A stretch of 55,453 nt of DNA from an uncultured Candidatus Saccharibacteria bacterium (GTDB lineage Bacteria; Patescibacteriota; Minisyncoccia; Phycocordibacterales; UBA9973), in contig CAZRDO010000006.1 in NCBI GenBank assembly GCA_964599225.1, positions 1 to 55,453 of the forward strand, in the 5' to 3' direction. The position numbers and the translations under genes are program-made. Shown here in pieces: positions 35,138 through 43,785 of the stretch; position 1 is the first letter of the stretch, and each line of letters opens with the position of its first letter. The notes below the pieces were generated by a model. It was given only the letters and a program-made list of their open reading frames with translations, did not search any database and was not told where the DNA came from.

Positions 35138-36790
35138 ATGCACTCAGCTGAACTCCTTGAACTTCTCCTTACTAGACGCAACATAACATCCGAAGAGAAA
35201 GATATATTTCTTAAACCATCTTATGAGCGAGGTCTCCATGATCCGTATCTGATGCGTGATATGGAGCGCGCCGTCGTGCGTATCTATGAAGCCGTTGAAG
35301 CCAAAGAGAAAATTGTAATCTACTGTGATTATGACTGCGATGGCATTCCAGCGGCAGTAATCATGCACGATTTTTTCAAAAAGATTGGTTATGAAAATTT
35401 TTCAATTTATATTCCAGATCGGCACGACGAAGGCTATGGACTCCATGCTCTCGCGGTTGAAGGATTTATCACCGAAGGCGTCAAACTCTTAATTACTATC
35501 GATCTTGGTATCAGTGCAGTGAAGGAAGTCGCGACTGCAGAAGCCTCCGGCATGAATGTGATTATTCTCGATCATCATTTACCAAAAACGGATCTGCCTA
35601 GAGCCTACGCGATTCTCAATCCCAAGCGTGAAGGTGATACGTATCCATTCAAAGAACTCTGTGGCGCAGGGATTGCGTTTAAACTTGTCCAAGGGCTCAT
35701 AACAAAATATGGTGAGTATTGGAAGATTAGTCGTGGATGGGAGAAGTGGCTCCTTGATATGGCAGGACTCGCCACACTCTCAGATATGGTAGAACTGCGA
35801 GGGGAGAATCGTGTGCTTGCCTACTATGGGCTTCTCGTACTCAAGCAATCGCGCCGGCCTGGACTTATGCAGCTATTTCATACGCTCAAAATTGATGCAC
35901 GGCATCTGACTGAAGATGATATGACATTTATGATTTCACCCCGCTTGAATGCAGCGTCTCGGATGGATTCACCAATGCGGGCATTTGAGCTTCTCTCTGA
36001 GTCAGATGTGAAAAAAGCTGGTGCACTGGCAACACACCTCGGCAAAATAAATGATGAGCGAAAGGTTTTGGTGGCGGGCATTATGAAAGAAGCCTACAAA
36101 CATTTAGAAAAGCGAGAACTCAAAGAGGTGATTGTGATTGGCAATCCATCGTGGCGCGTTGGCGTGCTCGGACTTGTTGCTTCTAAAATTTCTGAAGAAT
36201 ATACACGGCCAGTATTTGCTTGGGGAAGAGAGGGTACAAACGGTGGTTCGGTGATTAAAGGTTCATGTCGATCAGACGGGAGCGCGAGTGTGGTGGCGCT
36301 CATGAGTGCCACCACTGATATGTTTCTTGAATTTGGCGGCCACGCTCTCTCAGGTGGGTTTACAATCAGTGAAGATAATATCCATTCCCTCGAAGATTCA
36401 CTGGCTGAGATATACAAAAATCTTCCCCGACTCGCTCAAAATGAAAATTCGAAATATGATGTCGCGCTCTCACTCGCCGATGTGAATCCGCAAATCTCTC
36501 GCACTATTGAAACACTGGCACCGTTTGGCATTGGCAACGAGAAGCCAGTTTTTTTATTTCCACATGTCACCATTAAAGTAATCAAATTATTTGGCAAAGA
36601 GAAGAATCATCTTGAGCTTATGCTTACCGACGGAGATCACACTGTGAAAGCAATTTCTTTTTTTGCGACAGTATCTAGCTATGATGTCTTACTTGAGGTG
36701 GGTAAAGAAGTAGACGTGATCGCAACGATAGAGAATTCACACTTCGGCGGACGGCAAGAGGTGCGCCTGCGAATTGTTGACATATTATAG
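35138..36790 (+). CDS. recJ: Single-stranded-DNA-specific exonuclease RecJ
   Basis: DHH motifs (YCDYDCDGI, DRHDEGYG, ITIDLG, LDHH), DHHA1 (GGHALSGG) and a C-terminal OB-like region. Confidence 0.9.
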   Translation: MHSAELLELLLTRRNITSEEKDIFLKPSYERGLHDPYLMRDMERAVVRIYEAVEAKEKIVIYCDYDCDGIPAAVIMHDFFKKIGYENFSIYIPDRHDEGYGLHALAVEGFITEGVKLLITIDLGISAVKEVATAEASGMNVIILDHHLPKTDLPRAYAILNPKREGDTYPFKELCGAGIAFKLVQGLITKYGEYWKISRGWEKWLLDMAGLATLSDMVELRGENRVLAYYGLLVLKQSRRPGLMQLFHTLKIDARHLTEDDMTFMISPRLNAASRMDSPMRAFELLSESDVKKAGALATHLGKINDERKVLVAGIMKEAYKHLEKRELKEVIVIGNPSWRVGVLGLVASKISEEYTRPVFAWGREGTNGGSVIKGSCRSDGSASVVALMSATTDMFLEFGGHALSGGFTISEDNIHSLEDSLAEIYKNLPRLAQNENSKYDVALSLADVNPQISRTIETLAPFGIGNEKPVFLFPHVTIKVIKLFGKEKNHLELMLTDGDHTVKAISFFATVSSYDVLLEVGKEVDVIATIENSHFGGRQEVRLRIVDIL

Positions 36791-36849
36791 ATAAATGATA
36801 CAAAGATGTTAGAAAAATTTTAAGTATGAAAAATTCTGCAATAAAAATA

Positions 36850-36873
36850 GCCGAATACATTTCGGCATTTTTC
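36850..36873 (+). terminator. Intrinsic terminator after recJ
   Basis: gccgaa-tacat-ttcggc followed by atttttctttt. Confidence 0.65.
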
Positions 36874-36927
36874 TTTTCTTGACAGCAAATGAATAGTAAG
36901 TAAGCTCAAGTAAGAAAAAAGAACTAA

Positions 36928-37308
36928 ATGTTTGGGATTTGTAGTAAGAGTAATGGACCTTTCCCAGTAGTGATACTGGGCCTAACTTTTAAAGAAAGAG
37001 AACGACTTCTTCAAGGGAAGGAAATAAAGGGAGAAATAGTTAAAGTCACTGAACAAAAATCAGTGATTGAGTTGCTCTCAGTAAAGAAAAATGAGGGCAA
37101 TCAGGCAAGAGTTACTTGGGTGGTTGGCCCAAGCCCAGAAGTGATTTTTCGAATAAACGATATCTACTCCACTGAGAACTTTTATTTAATTCAACCAGAC
37201 GAGCGATTGTATCAAATACATATCGCAATAACTGATTTTTCAACTGAGTACCTTGAGCGTTTCAACACACTCAAGGCTACCGCGAAGACGTTTGTCTCCA
37301 CCACCTGA
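36928..37308 (+). CDS. Hypothetical protein
   Basis: ORF only. Confidence 0.45.
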   Translation: MFGICSKSNGPFPVVILGLTFKERERLLQGKEIKGEIVKVTEQKSVIELLSVKKNEGNQARVTWVVGPSPEVIFRINDIYSTENFYLIQPDERLYQIHIAITDFSTEYLERFNTLKATAKTFVSTT

Positions 37309-37351
37309 TTGCCTCATAGGCATCAGGTTTTTCTTTTGCTACTATAGACAT

Positions 37352-38095
37352 ATGGAAAAACTTGTCGTATTCACTGATGGAGCCTCTCGAGGTAATCCTG
37401 GAAAAGGTGGTTGGGCGGCCATTGTAATTACGAGTTTCGATTTACGAATTAAGAATAAATCCAAGGTTATTGAGCTTGGTGGTAGAGAAGAAGGTGCGAC
37501 CAATAATAAAATGGAACTTATGGCGGCGCTTGAGACATTTAGATTAATTGAATCACGGTCATTACTGGGTGATATTGAAGTTCACACTGATTCTGCCTAC
37601 CTTGCCAACGGCGCTACTGGTTGGGTCTATTCCTGGGAGAAAAATGGTTGGAAGACCAAAGAGGGAGAACCAGTCTCCAATCAAGAAATTTGGAAGGAGC
37701 TTGCGATGATCCAGTTTCGTTTAAAGCTTCACCGCAAAGTCTCCTGGCAAAGAGTGGCAGGGCACGCCGGACTACGGGGTAATGAACGTGTGGATGAGCT
37801 TGCGACACGCTTTGCTGATGGAGAAGCGGTTCCGCTTTTTGTTGGGAGCCTCACAGACTATGAAAAAATAGTTGGAGGAGATCTCTTTGACGAAGAATCT
37901 GGTGAGCGCGATGCAAAAATGCGCTCCAAGCTTCCAGCCTATTCATATATTTCAAAAATCGGTACGATGATTGAACTTCATAAAACTTGGCCCGAATGTG
38001 AAGCTCGGGTGAAAGGTAGGGCAGGTGCGAAATATCGCAAAACTATTTCAAAAGAAGATGAAGAAACATTGATTGACCTCTGGAGTAAGGAATAA
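37352..38095 (+). CDS. rnhA: Ribonuclease HI with a C-terminal hybrid-binding (RNase H1 HBD / caulimovirus viroplasmin-like) domain
   Basis: Catalytic motifs VFTDGASRGNPG, NNKMELMAALE, HTDS and HAGLRGNERVDELA. C-terminus YSYISKIGTMIELHKTWPECEARVKGRAGAKYRKTISKEDEE matches W-x-EC-x3-V-x-G-x2-GA-x-[YF]-[RK]-K. Confidence 0.8.
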   Translation: MEKLVVFTDGASRGNPGKGGWAAIVITSFDLRIKNKSKVIELGGREEGATNNKMELMAALETFRLIESRSLLGDIEVHTDSAYLANGATGWVYSWEKNGWKTKEGEPVSNQEIWKELAMIQFRLKLHRKVSWQRVAGHAGLRGNERVDELATRFADGEAVPLFVGSLTDYEKIVGGDLFDEESGERDAKMRSKLPAYSYISKIGTMIELHKTWPECEARVKGRAGAKYRKTISKEDEETLIDLWSKE

Positions 38096-38139
38096 AAATT
38101 CTGCAGAGCGTTTTTCTGAGACGTGTAAGTATCATACAT

Positions 38140-39603
38140 ATGTCGAACCGCTTACTGTACGTTATTGTTATAGGTTTTGCAGTTGGAATATTCATCCGAT
38201 CCTATATCGTCGTCCCGAACTACATACTTATAATTCTAAGTGTAGCGAGTGTTGTAGTTTTTTTACTTGCGACTTTTCTTGGGAAACAAAAACAAGGAAT
38301 TCTCGTGGCTTTATATATCATCGCACTTCTCTTGGGAAGTGTTCGTTATGAGCTTTCTCTCGAAAAAGAATCTGAAGTCATAGAGGGGTCTGTTGGAGAG
38401 AAAGTAACTCTTAATGGAATTATTATTGACGACCCAGAAAATCGTGAAAGCACACAAAAATTCACTATTTCTAGCGATGATACACATATTCGAGTGAGTA
38501 CTGATCGATATCCGGAGTTTTCGTATGGTGATGAGGTAGAGGTGCGAGGCACACTAGAGGAACCAGAAAATTTCACAACGGATCAAGGCAAAGAATTTGA
38601 TTATGTGTCGTATCTTTTGAAAGATGACATTTCATATCTTATTTCGTTTGCACAAGTAAAAGTACTCTCTAATGGACATGGCTCGAGGATTCAAGCCAAG
38701 TTGTACGAATTTAGAGCACAGATTATAGAGCATTATGGACATCTTATCCGTGAGCCAGAAAGTTCGCTGGTTTCTGGAATAGTGCTCGGTGCCCGGAGTG
38801 GCATTTCTCATTCTCTCCGCAACGAATTTATAATTACCAGTACAATTCATATTATCGCGCTTTCTGGGTTTAATATTTCTATACTTGCGTCTCTCGTGAG
38901 AGATTTCTTTGCATTCTTCCTGCCGCGTACTCTCTCACTCACGTTTGGTGGTGTTACCGTCATTCTCTTTGTGCTCATGACAGGCGCTCAATCAACAGCT
39001 ATCCGTGCAGGTATCATGGCGCTCATCGCACTCTTGGCACGAGGAACGGGTCGCTCCTATGAAGCATCCCGAGCGCTTTTTATTGCAGTGTTTTTTATGC
39101 TCATCTGGAATCCGCGGCTACTTGCATTTGATGTATCATTTCAGCTTTCATTTCTCGCGACCCTTGGTCTTATCTATGTCACCCCACTTATTGAAAAGAA
39201 ATTACACTGGATTCATTACAAGTACCTTCGCGAAACTATTGCCACAACACTTGGTGCACAGGTCACCGTGTTGCCACTCATTCTCTATACGATGGGCACT
39301 CTTTCATTTATTGGCATTCCCATAAATATTCTTATCGCTCCTTTTGTACCAATTGTAATGTTCCTCGGACTTGGGTTGGCGGTACTCTCCTTTATCTCGA
39401 TGACTATTGCCTATCCTATTGCGTTTGTCACTTCTATTTCTGCAACGTTGTTACTATTCTTGATTCATATTTCGGCTCAAGTACCCTACGCTTCAATAAC
39501 AATTAGTGCGTTTCCGCTGGTCCTCATGATAGGGTTCTATATGCTAATCTTCACTTTCGTCTGGAAATTGAATAAACGAAGTCTCGCTAAAGACTCAAAT
39601 TAG
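38140..39603 (+). CDS. comEC: ComEC/Rec2 competence channel (DUF4131 + Competence domains, no MBL domain)
   Basis: N-terminal TMs plus an OB-like region (VTLNGIIIDDPENRES...). Polytopic core with HIIALSGFNISIL and GAQSTAIRAGIMA. Confidence 0.8.
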   Translation: MSNRLLYVIVIGFAVGIFIRSYIVVPNYILIILSVASVVVFLLATFLGKQKQGILVALYIIALLLGSVRYELSLEKESEVIEGSVGEKVTLNGIIIDDPENRESTQKFTISSDDTHIRVSTDRYPEFSYGDEVEVRGTLEEPENFTTDQGKEFDYVSYLLKDDISYLISFAQVKVLSNGHGSRIQAKLYEFRAQIIEHYGHLIREPESSLVSGIVLGARSGISHSLRNEFIITSTIHIIALSGFNISILASLVRDFFAFFLPRTLSLTFGGVTVILFVLMTGAQSTAIRAGIMALIALLARGTGRSYEASRALFIAVFFMLIWNPRLLAFDVSFQLSFLATLGLIYVTPLIEKKLHWIHYKYLRETIATTLGAQVTVLPLILYTMGTLSFIGIPINILIAPFVPIVMFLGLGLAVLSFISMTIAYPIAFVTSISATLLLFLIHISAQVPYASITISAFPLVLMIGFYMLIFTFVWKLNKRSLAKDSN

Positions 39604-39709
39604 GACTATACTAGCACTGTCACAATAATTCTATTGTGACGTTACTAGGTGTGTACGCACGAAAGCGTACTCAGAATCTCTATTAATCAGATTAACTAAA
39701 ATATATACT

Positions 39710-40204
39710 ATGAAAAACAAACTACTTATTGGAACACTCGGACTTCTTATGACTTTTGGTACAGGCGCAACTGCGTTTGCTGCAACCAGTGCAAGTGACA
39801 TCGTTACTCGCATGGATGGCATACAAGGCCGAATCGGCACTATTGTTGAACACTTCTCTAGCCTCGTTGATCGTCTCGATACAGCTGGACGCGACGTCTC
39901 AAGTCTTCGTGCAAAACTCGCTACTGTAAATGCTGACCGCGAAATTGCGAAGACCCAAATGCAAGAATTCAAGGCCGCCTATGCTGCTGCAGACAATACA
40001 ATGACTGCCGAAGTAAGAAAGGAAGGTATGGAAGCTCGCAATGCACTCAAGACATTCTTGACTGACGTGAAAGGTTTGCGCGATATGGTGATGTCACTCG
40101 TTGGTAGTGAACGACCAGAGCCAAAAGCAGTAGGAAATGTTTCTGGAACACCAGTTTCAAACATTCCTGCAGGAATTGGAAATGCACAAAGTGCAATTCA
40201 ATAA
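39710..40204 (+). CDS. Secreted alpha-helical protein (paralog family)
   Basis: Signal MKNKLLIGTLGLLMTFGTGATAFAA. Helical body alignable by eye to the 12499 protein. Confidence 0.6.
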   Translation: MKNKLLIGTLGLLMTFGTGATAFAATSASDIVTRMDGIQGRIGTIVEHFSSLVDRLDTAGRDVSSLRAKLATVNADREIAKTQMQEFKAAYAAADNTMTAEVRKEGMEARNALKTFLTDVKGLRDMVMSLVGSERPEPKAVGNVSGTPVSNIPAGIGNAQSAIQ

Positions 40205-40222
40205 CTTCTAGATTGAAGCATT

Positions 40223-40258
40223 AAATACAAAACGCCTCAAAAGAGGCGTTTTGTATTT
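40223..40258 (+). terminator. Intrinsic terminator
   Basis: aaatacaaaacgcctc-aaaa-gaggcgttttgtattt. Confidence 0.85.
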
Positions 40259-40365
40259 ATCCACCAATACTATTGAATTGACATGGTAGTATTAGGCTCA
40301 TAATTGTCGACACATTTTTTAATCTTAACTACAGAAAGTTAAAATATCTTTCTCGCATAGTTTTT

Positions 40366-41181
40366 ATGGATAGTATAAAAGATCAGCAATATAATGCAGT
40401 CAAAGTAGTACTTTTAATCGTTGTAATAGCTCTCGTCGGGTGGTTTATTGTTGGTAAAACAAATACAGGACTTAAAGGTCAAATTTTATCTGAAAAAGGT
40501 CCAAGTAATGGTTTTTCGACTGATTTACAGGGACCAAATGTAGTCTGCAATGGCAATAAGCCTTCACTTACTTTTGTCAGCCCACGAAGTGGGCAGGTGA
40601 TAAATGTTGGTGTGGAATATATTTTTAAATGGGTTCCTTGCAATTTGCCAGCCAACGGGATAGCGAGTCTCTCATTGATCAATCAGCAAACTGGTATGAA
40701 TACTTATCTACCTACAGATGGCTTAGGTATTAATGAGAAAGTTTTTTCTTTTAAAATAAATCCCTATATGGAAAGTGGTAGCTATTTAGCACGAGTGTTC
40801 TGTGGTGTACCAAATTCTGAATCCTATTGTACTGAAATTGGCTCGGAAGACTTCACTGGATCATTTACAGTAAATGCGCCAGTACTTTCGCCAAGCATTA
40901 CTTCAACATCTGCCACGAGCATCACATCAGAAAGTGCTCAGATTAATATTGACTACAGCAAAAATGATGGCCAGCCAAGTACAAGTCAAGTACACTATGG
41001 AATAGGAAATACTAATTCTGTTATAAACGGTGCAACGCTTGGTAATACGGTAAGCGGTACGATGACAGTAATGCTTACAAATTTGAACCCAAATACCACA
41101 TATACGTACAATGGAACACTTTCTACTCCTACGTACGGTACTACTCTCTCAACGAATAAAACATTTACTACACTTCCGTAA
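40366..41181 (+). CDS. Membrane-anchored surface protein with a C-terminal FN3-like domain
   Basis: TM VVLLIVVIALVGWFIV. C-terminus ...SATSITSESAQINIDYS...LTNLNPNTTYTYNG follows an FN3-type pattern. Confidence 0.55.
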   Translation: MDSIKDQQYNAVKVVLLIVVIALVGWFIVGKTNTGLKGQILSEKGPSNGFSTDLQGPNVVCNGNKPSLTFVSPRSGQVINVGVEYIFKWVPCNLPANGIASLSLINQQTGMNTYLPTDGLGINEKVFSFKINPYMESGSYLARVFCGVPNSESYCTEIGSEDFTGSFTVNAPVLSPSITSTSATSITSESAQINIDYSKNDGQPSTSQVHYGIGNTNSVINGATLGNTVSGTMTVMLTNLNPNTTYTYNGTLSTPTYGTTLSTNKTFTTLP

Positions 41182-41193
41182 AAAAATGTAGAA

Positions 41194-41226
41194 CAAAAAA
41201 ATCCCGCTTAGAGCGGGATTTTTTTG
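41194..41226. terminator. Bidirectional intrinsic terminator (convergent with the SOD gene)
   Basis: aaaaaaatcccgc-ttagag-gcgggattttttt. Confidence 0.85.
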
Positions 41227-41234
41227 AATAGATT

Positions 41235-41825
41235 TTATCCAATTGCTTCTTCGAAGTTCTTTTCGATTACTTTCCAGTTAAGATTGGCGAAGAAATCTTC
41301 AATGTACTGTTTCTTACCACTTGGCTGGTAATCAGAGACATAGGCATGTTCCCACACATCAATACAAAGCACAGGCGAGAGACCAATAAGTTGTCCGATA
41401 TGTTGCTCATCAACCCACTGCGTGAGAAGTTGGTCAGTGAACCGATCGTAGTAGAGCATTGCCCAACCAACACCACGGGTCAGTGCAACTGCTTTCATGC
41501 GTACCAGGAAATCTTCGTACGATCCCCATTGGCGCTCGAGCGCAGCTCGGAGAGCGCTTTTCTCCGGAAGGGGATGGGCACCACCTTCGAGAGCACTGAA
41601 GTAATACTCATGGTTACGCATACCAGAGAATTCAAATGCAAAGCGGCGTTGTAATTCACCAAGTTCGTAGGCCCATTTTTCTGAATCTTTTGAAAGCTCA
41701 CCAATCTGTGTTTGGATATAATTAGCAAATTTCACATAGCCAGCATAGAGCTTCAAGTGCTCCTCGATATTTTTCTTGGAAATTCCAGCAAGATCAGGAA
41801 TTTCAAATGTTTTTGCTTCGAACAT
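41235..41825 (-). CDS. Fe/Mn-family superoxide dismutase
   Basis: HLKLYAGYV, NHEYYF and IDVWEHAYVSDY correspond to the His/His/Asp/His ligand contexts. Metal specificity is not assignable. Confidence 0.8.
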   Translation of the reverse strand: MFEAKTFEIPDLAGISKKNIEEHLKLYAGYVKFANYIQTQIGELSKDSEKWAYELGELQRRFAFEFSGMRNHEYYFSALEGGAHPLPEKSALRAALERQWGSYEDFLVRMKAVALTRGVGWAMLYYDRFTDQLLTQWVDEQHIGQLIGLSPVLCIDVWEHAYVSDYQPSGKKQYIEDFFANLNWKVIEKNFEEAIG

Positions 41826-41942
41826 GGGAATTGTGGTTAATAATATACTGTCTATTTTACCATAAGTATAATAGGCTTACCCCAATCAATATACTTGAGG
41901 AGAGTATAGGATTGGAGTTTTTCTTTTTGGTATACTTTCTGT

Positions 41943-42791
41943 ATGAAGGTACGATATTGTATATATCTATCCACTCTAATTTTACTCGTCCCTATTCTCC
42001 TACAGGCAAAGGGCAGTCAAAATCTTCTTCAAATTTCTTTTCTCGATGTGGGACAAGGTGATGCGATATATATAGAAGCGCCAAATGGTAGGCAAATGAT
42101 TATCGACGGGGGACCAGGAAGTGCGCTCGAGCGTGCTCTTGCCGAGGTAATGCCGTACACCGATCGCTCGATTGATGTCATTATGATTACCAATCCAGAC
42201 CTTGATCACTATTCCGGATTTATTGATCTTCTTGACCACTACGATGTGGGAGCCATCATCGAGCCAGGAACAGTTTCTAAGACTGCAAGTTACAAAGTAC
42301 TTGAATCAGCGATTACTGCAGAAAATGCACCGCACCTCCTTGCTCGTAGTGGTACGCGAATCACCCTCGACCAAAATGCCGGTGTGTATTTTGAAGTACT
42401 ATTTCCTAATCAAGACGTTTCTGGTTGGACTACAAATGACGGATCCATTATTGGCAAACTTATATACGGTAATACGAGTGTCATGTTTACCGGGGATTCG
42501 ACTAAAAAAACTGAGCAGATCGTACTCTCAACTTTTTCGCCTCAAGATCTTCACGCAAACATACTTAAAGTCGGCCATCATGGCTCGAAAACTTCTTCAA
42601 GCCAAGCATGGCTTACTACAGTCGCACCAGAAGAAGCAATAATTTCTGTGGCCTGTGAAAATAGCTACGGATTACCTGCTCCGATAACTCTCACGACTCT
42701 CACATCGCTTAGCATTCCATACCAAACAACGTGTGATAAAGGTACCATCACTCTCATTTCTGATGGTATAAGGTTTACCGCAAGAAAATAA
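41943..42791 (+). CDS. Stand-alone ComEC-type metallo-beta-lactamase domain protein with an N-terminal signal/anchor
   Basis: LQISFLDVGQGDAIYIEAPNGRQMIIDGGP, NPDLDHYSG and LKVGHHGSKTSS match the ComEC C-terminal MBL domain. Confidence 0.75.
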   Translation: MKVRYCIYLSTLILLVPILLQAKGSQNLLQISFLDVGQGDAIYIEAPNGRQMIIDGGPGSALERALAEVMPYTDRSIDVIMITNPDLDHYSGFIDLLDHYDVGAIIEPGTVSKTASYKVLESAITAENAPHLLARSGTRITLDQNAGVYFEVLFPNQDVSGWTTNDGSIIGKLIYGNTSVMFTGDSTKKTEQIVLSTFSPQDLHANILKVGHHGSKTSSSQAWLTTVAPEEAIISVACENSYGLPAPITLTTLTSLSIPYQTTCDKGTITLISDGIRFTARK

Positions 42792-42819
42792 AAAATCGCC
42801 TGTTTTCAGGCGATTTTTT
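42790..42819. terminator. Bidirectional intrinsic terminator (convergent with rpmB)
   Basis: aaaaaatcgcctg-tttt-caggcgatttttt. Confidence 0.85.
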
Positions 42820-42834
42820 ATTTCACAAAGACTT

Positions 42835-43110
42835 TTATTTTGTTGCTACTTTAATTTTTGTTCCAGACTTTATGATTCCTGCCTCACGGAGTGCCTTGTA
42901 GGCGCCATTTTTAGCGATAGTGCGGAGGCCTTGAGTTGATACAGTAATAGTGTAGGACTTATTGAGTTCAGGCACAAAGACCTTCTTTTTCTGAAGATTT
43001 GGGTAGCGACGGCGCATGCCGACGGGATTGAATTTGGTTGCACGAGTACGGTTTGAGTAGCCGCCTCCCATTTGTGAACCTTTTTTAGTTATTTCGCAGA
43101 TTTTTGCCAT
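42835..43110 (-). CDS. rpmB: 50S ribosomal protein L28
   Basis: MAKICEITKKGSQMGGGYSNRTRATKFNPVGMRRRYPNLQKKKVF... Confidence 0.85.
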   Translation of the reverse strand: MAKICEITKKGSQMGGGYSNRTRATKFNPVGMRRRYPNLQKKKVFVPELNKSYTITVSTQGLRTIAKNGAYKALREAGIIKSGTKIKVATK

Positions 43111-43170
43111 ATATATTCTAGTGCTTAGTGACTCGTATGGTATCATAAAGTCATTATTTGATCAAGCTCT

Positions 43171-43785
43171 ATGGATATTCTCGATTCAATTATATACGTC
43201 GCCATACTCATTTTCTCAGTCGCATTACATGAAATTGCTCATGGCTATGCGGCGTTGCACGAAGGTGACGATACTGCCCTTCGGGCAGGCAGATTGACAC
43301 TCAATCCGGTTGCACATCTAGATATTTTTGGTTCAATTATTTTACCCTTTCTCCTCATAGTTTCTCATACTGGATTTGTGTTTGGCTGGGCCAAGCCGGT
43401 GCCGTATAACGAAGCGCGATTACGAAATCGTCGCAGTAGCACACTCCTCGTTGCAGGAGCAGGTATAATTGCAAACTTAATTATTGTGCTCATATTTTCG
43501 ATTTTTATACGCATGAGCATGGCGTTCGGTATTGGAGTCTCGCTTCTGCCAGTATTTAGCAGCATAGTACTACTGAACATTGTGTTGGCAGTGTTTAACC
43601 TCGTACCCCTACCGCCACTCGATGGATCTAAAATTCTTTTTGCACTTTTGCCAGAACGTTTCAGAAGCTTTGAGTTTACGCTGTTGCGTTACAGTTTCGT
43701 ATTTGTTGTTATTTTTATATTTTTCCTTTGGAAATTCATTGCACCAGTCGTCAGTATTCTATTCAATCTTTTTGTCGGTTCATAA
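43171..43785 (+). CDS. Site-2 protease (M50) family membrane metalloprotease
   Basis: HEIAHG zinc motif, LNPVAHLDIFGS, NLVPLPPLDG and multiple TM segments. Confidence 0.8.
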   Translation: MDILDSIIYVAILIFSVALHEIAHGYAALHEGDDTALRAGRLTLNPVAHLDIFGSIILPFLLIVSHTGFVFGWAKPVPYNEARLRNRRSSTLLVAGAGIIANLIIVLIFSIFIRMSMAFGIGVSLLPVFSSIVLLNIVLAVFNLVPLPPLDGSKILFALLPERFRSFEFTLLRYSFVFVVIFIFFLWKFIAPVVSILFNLFVGS

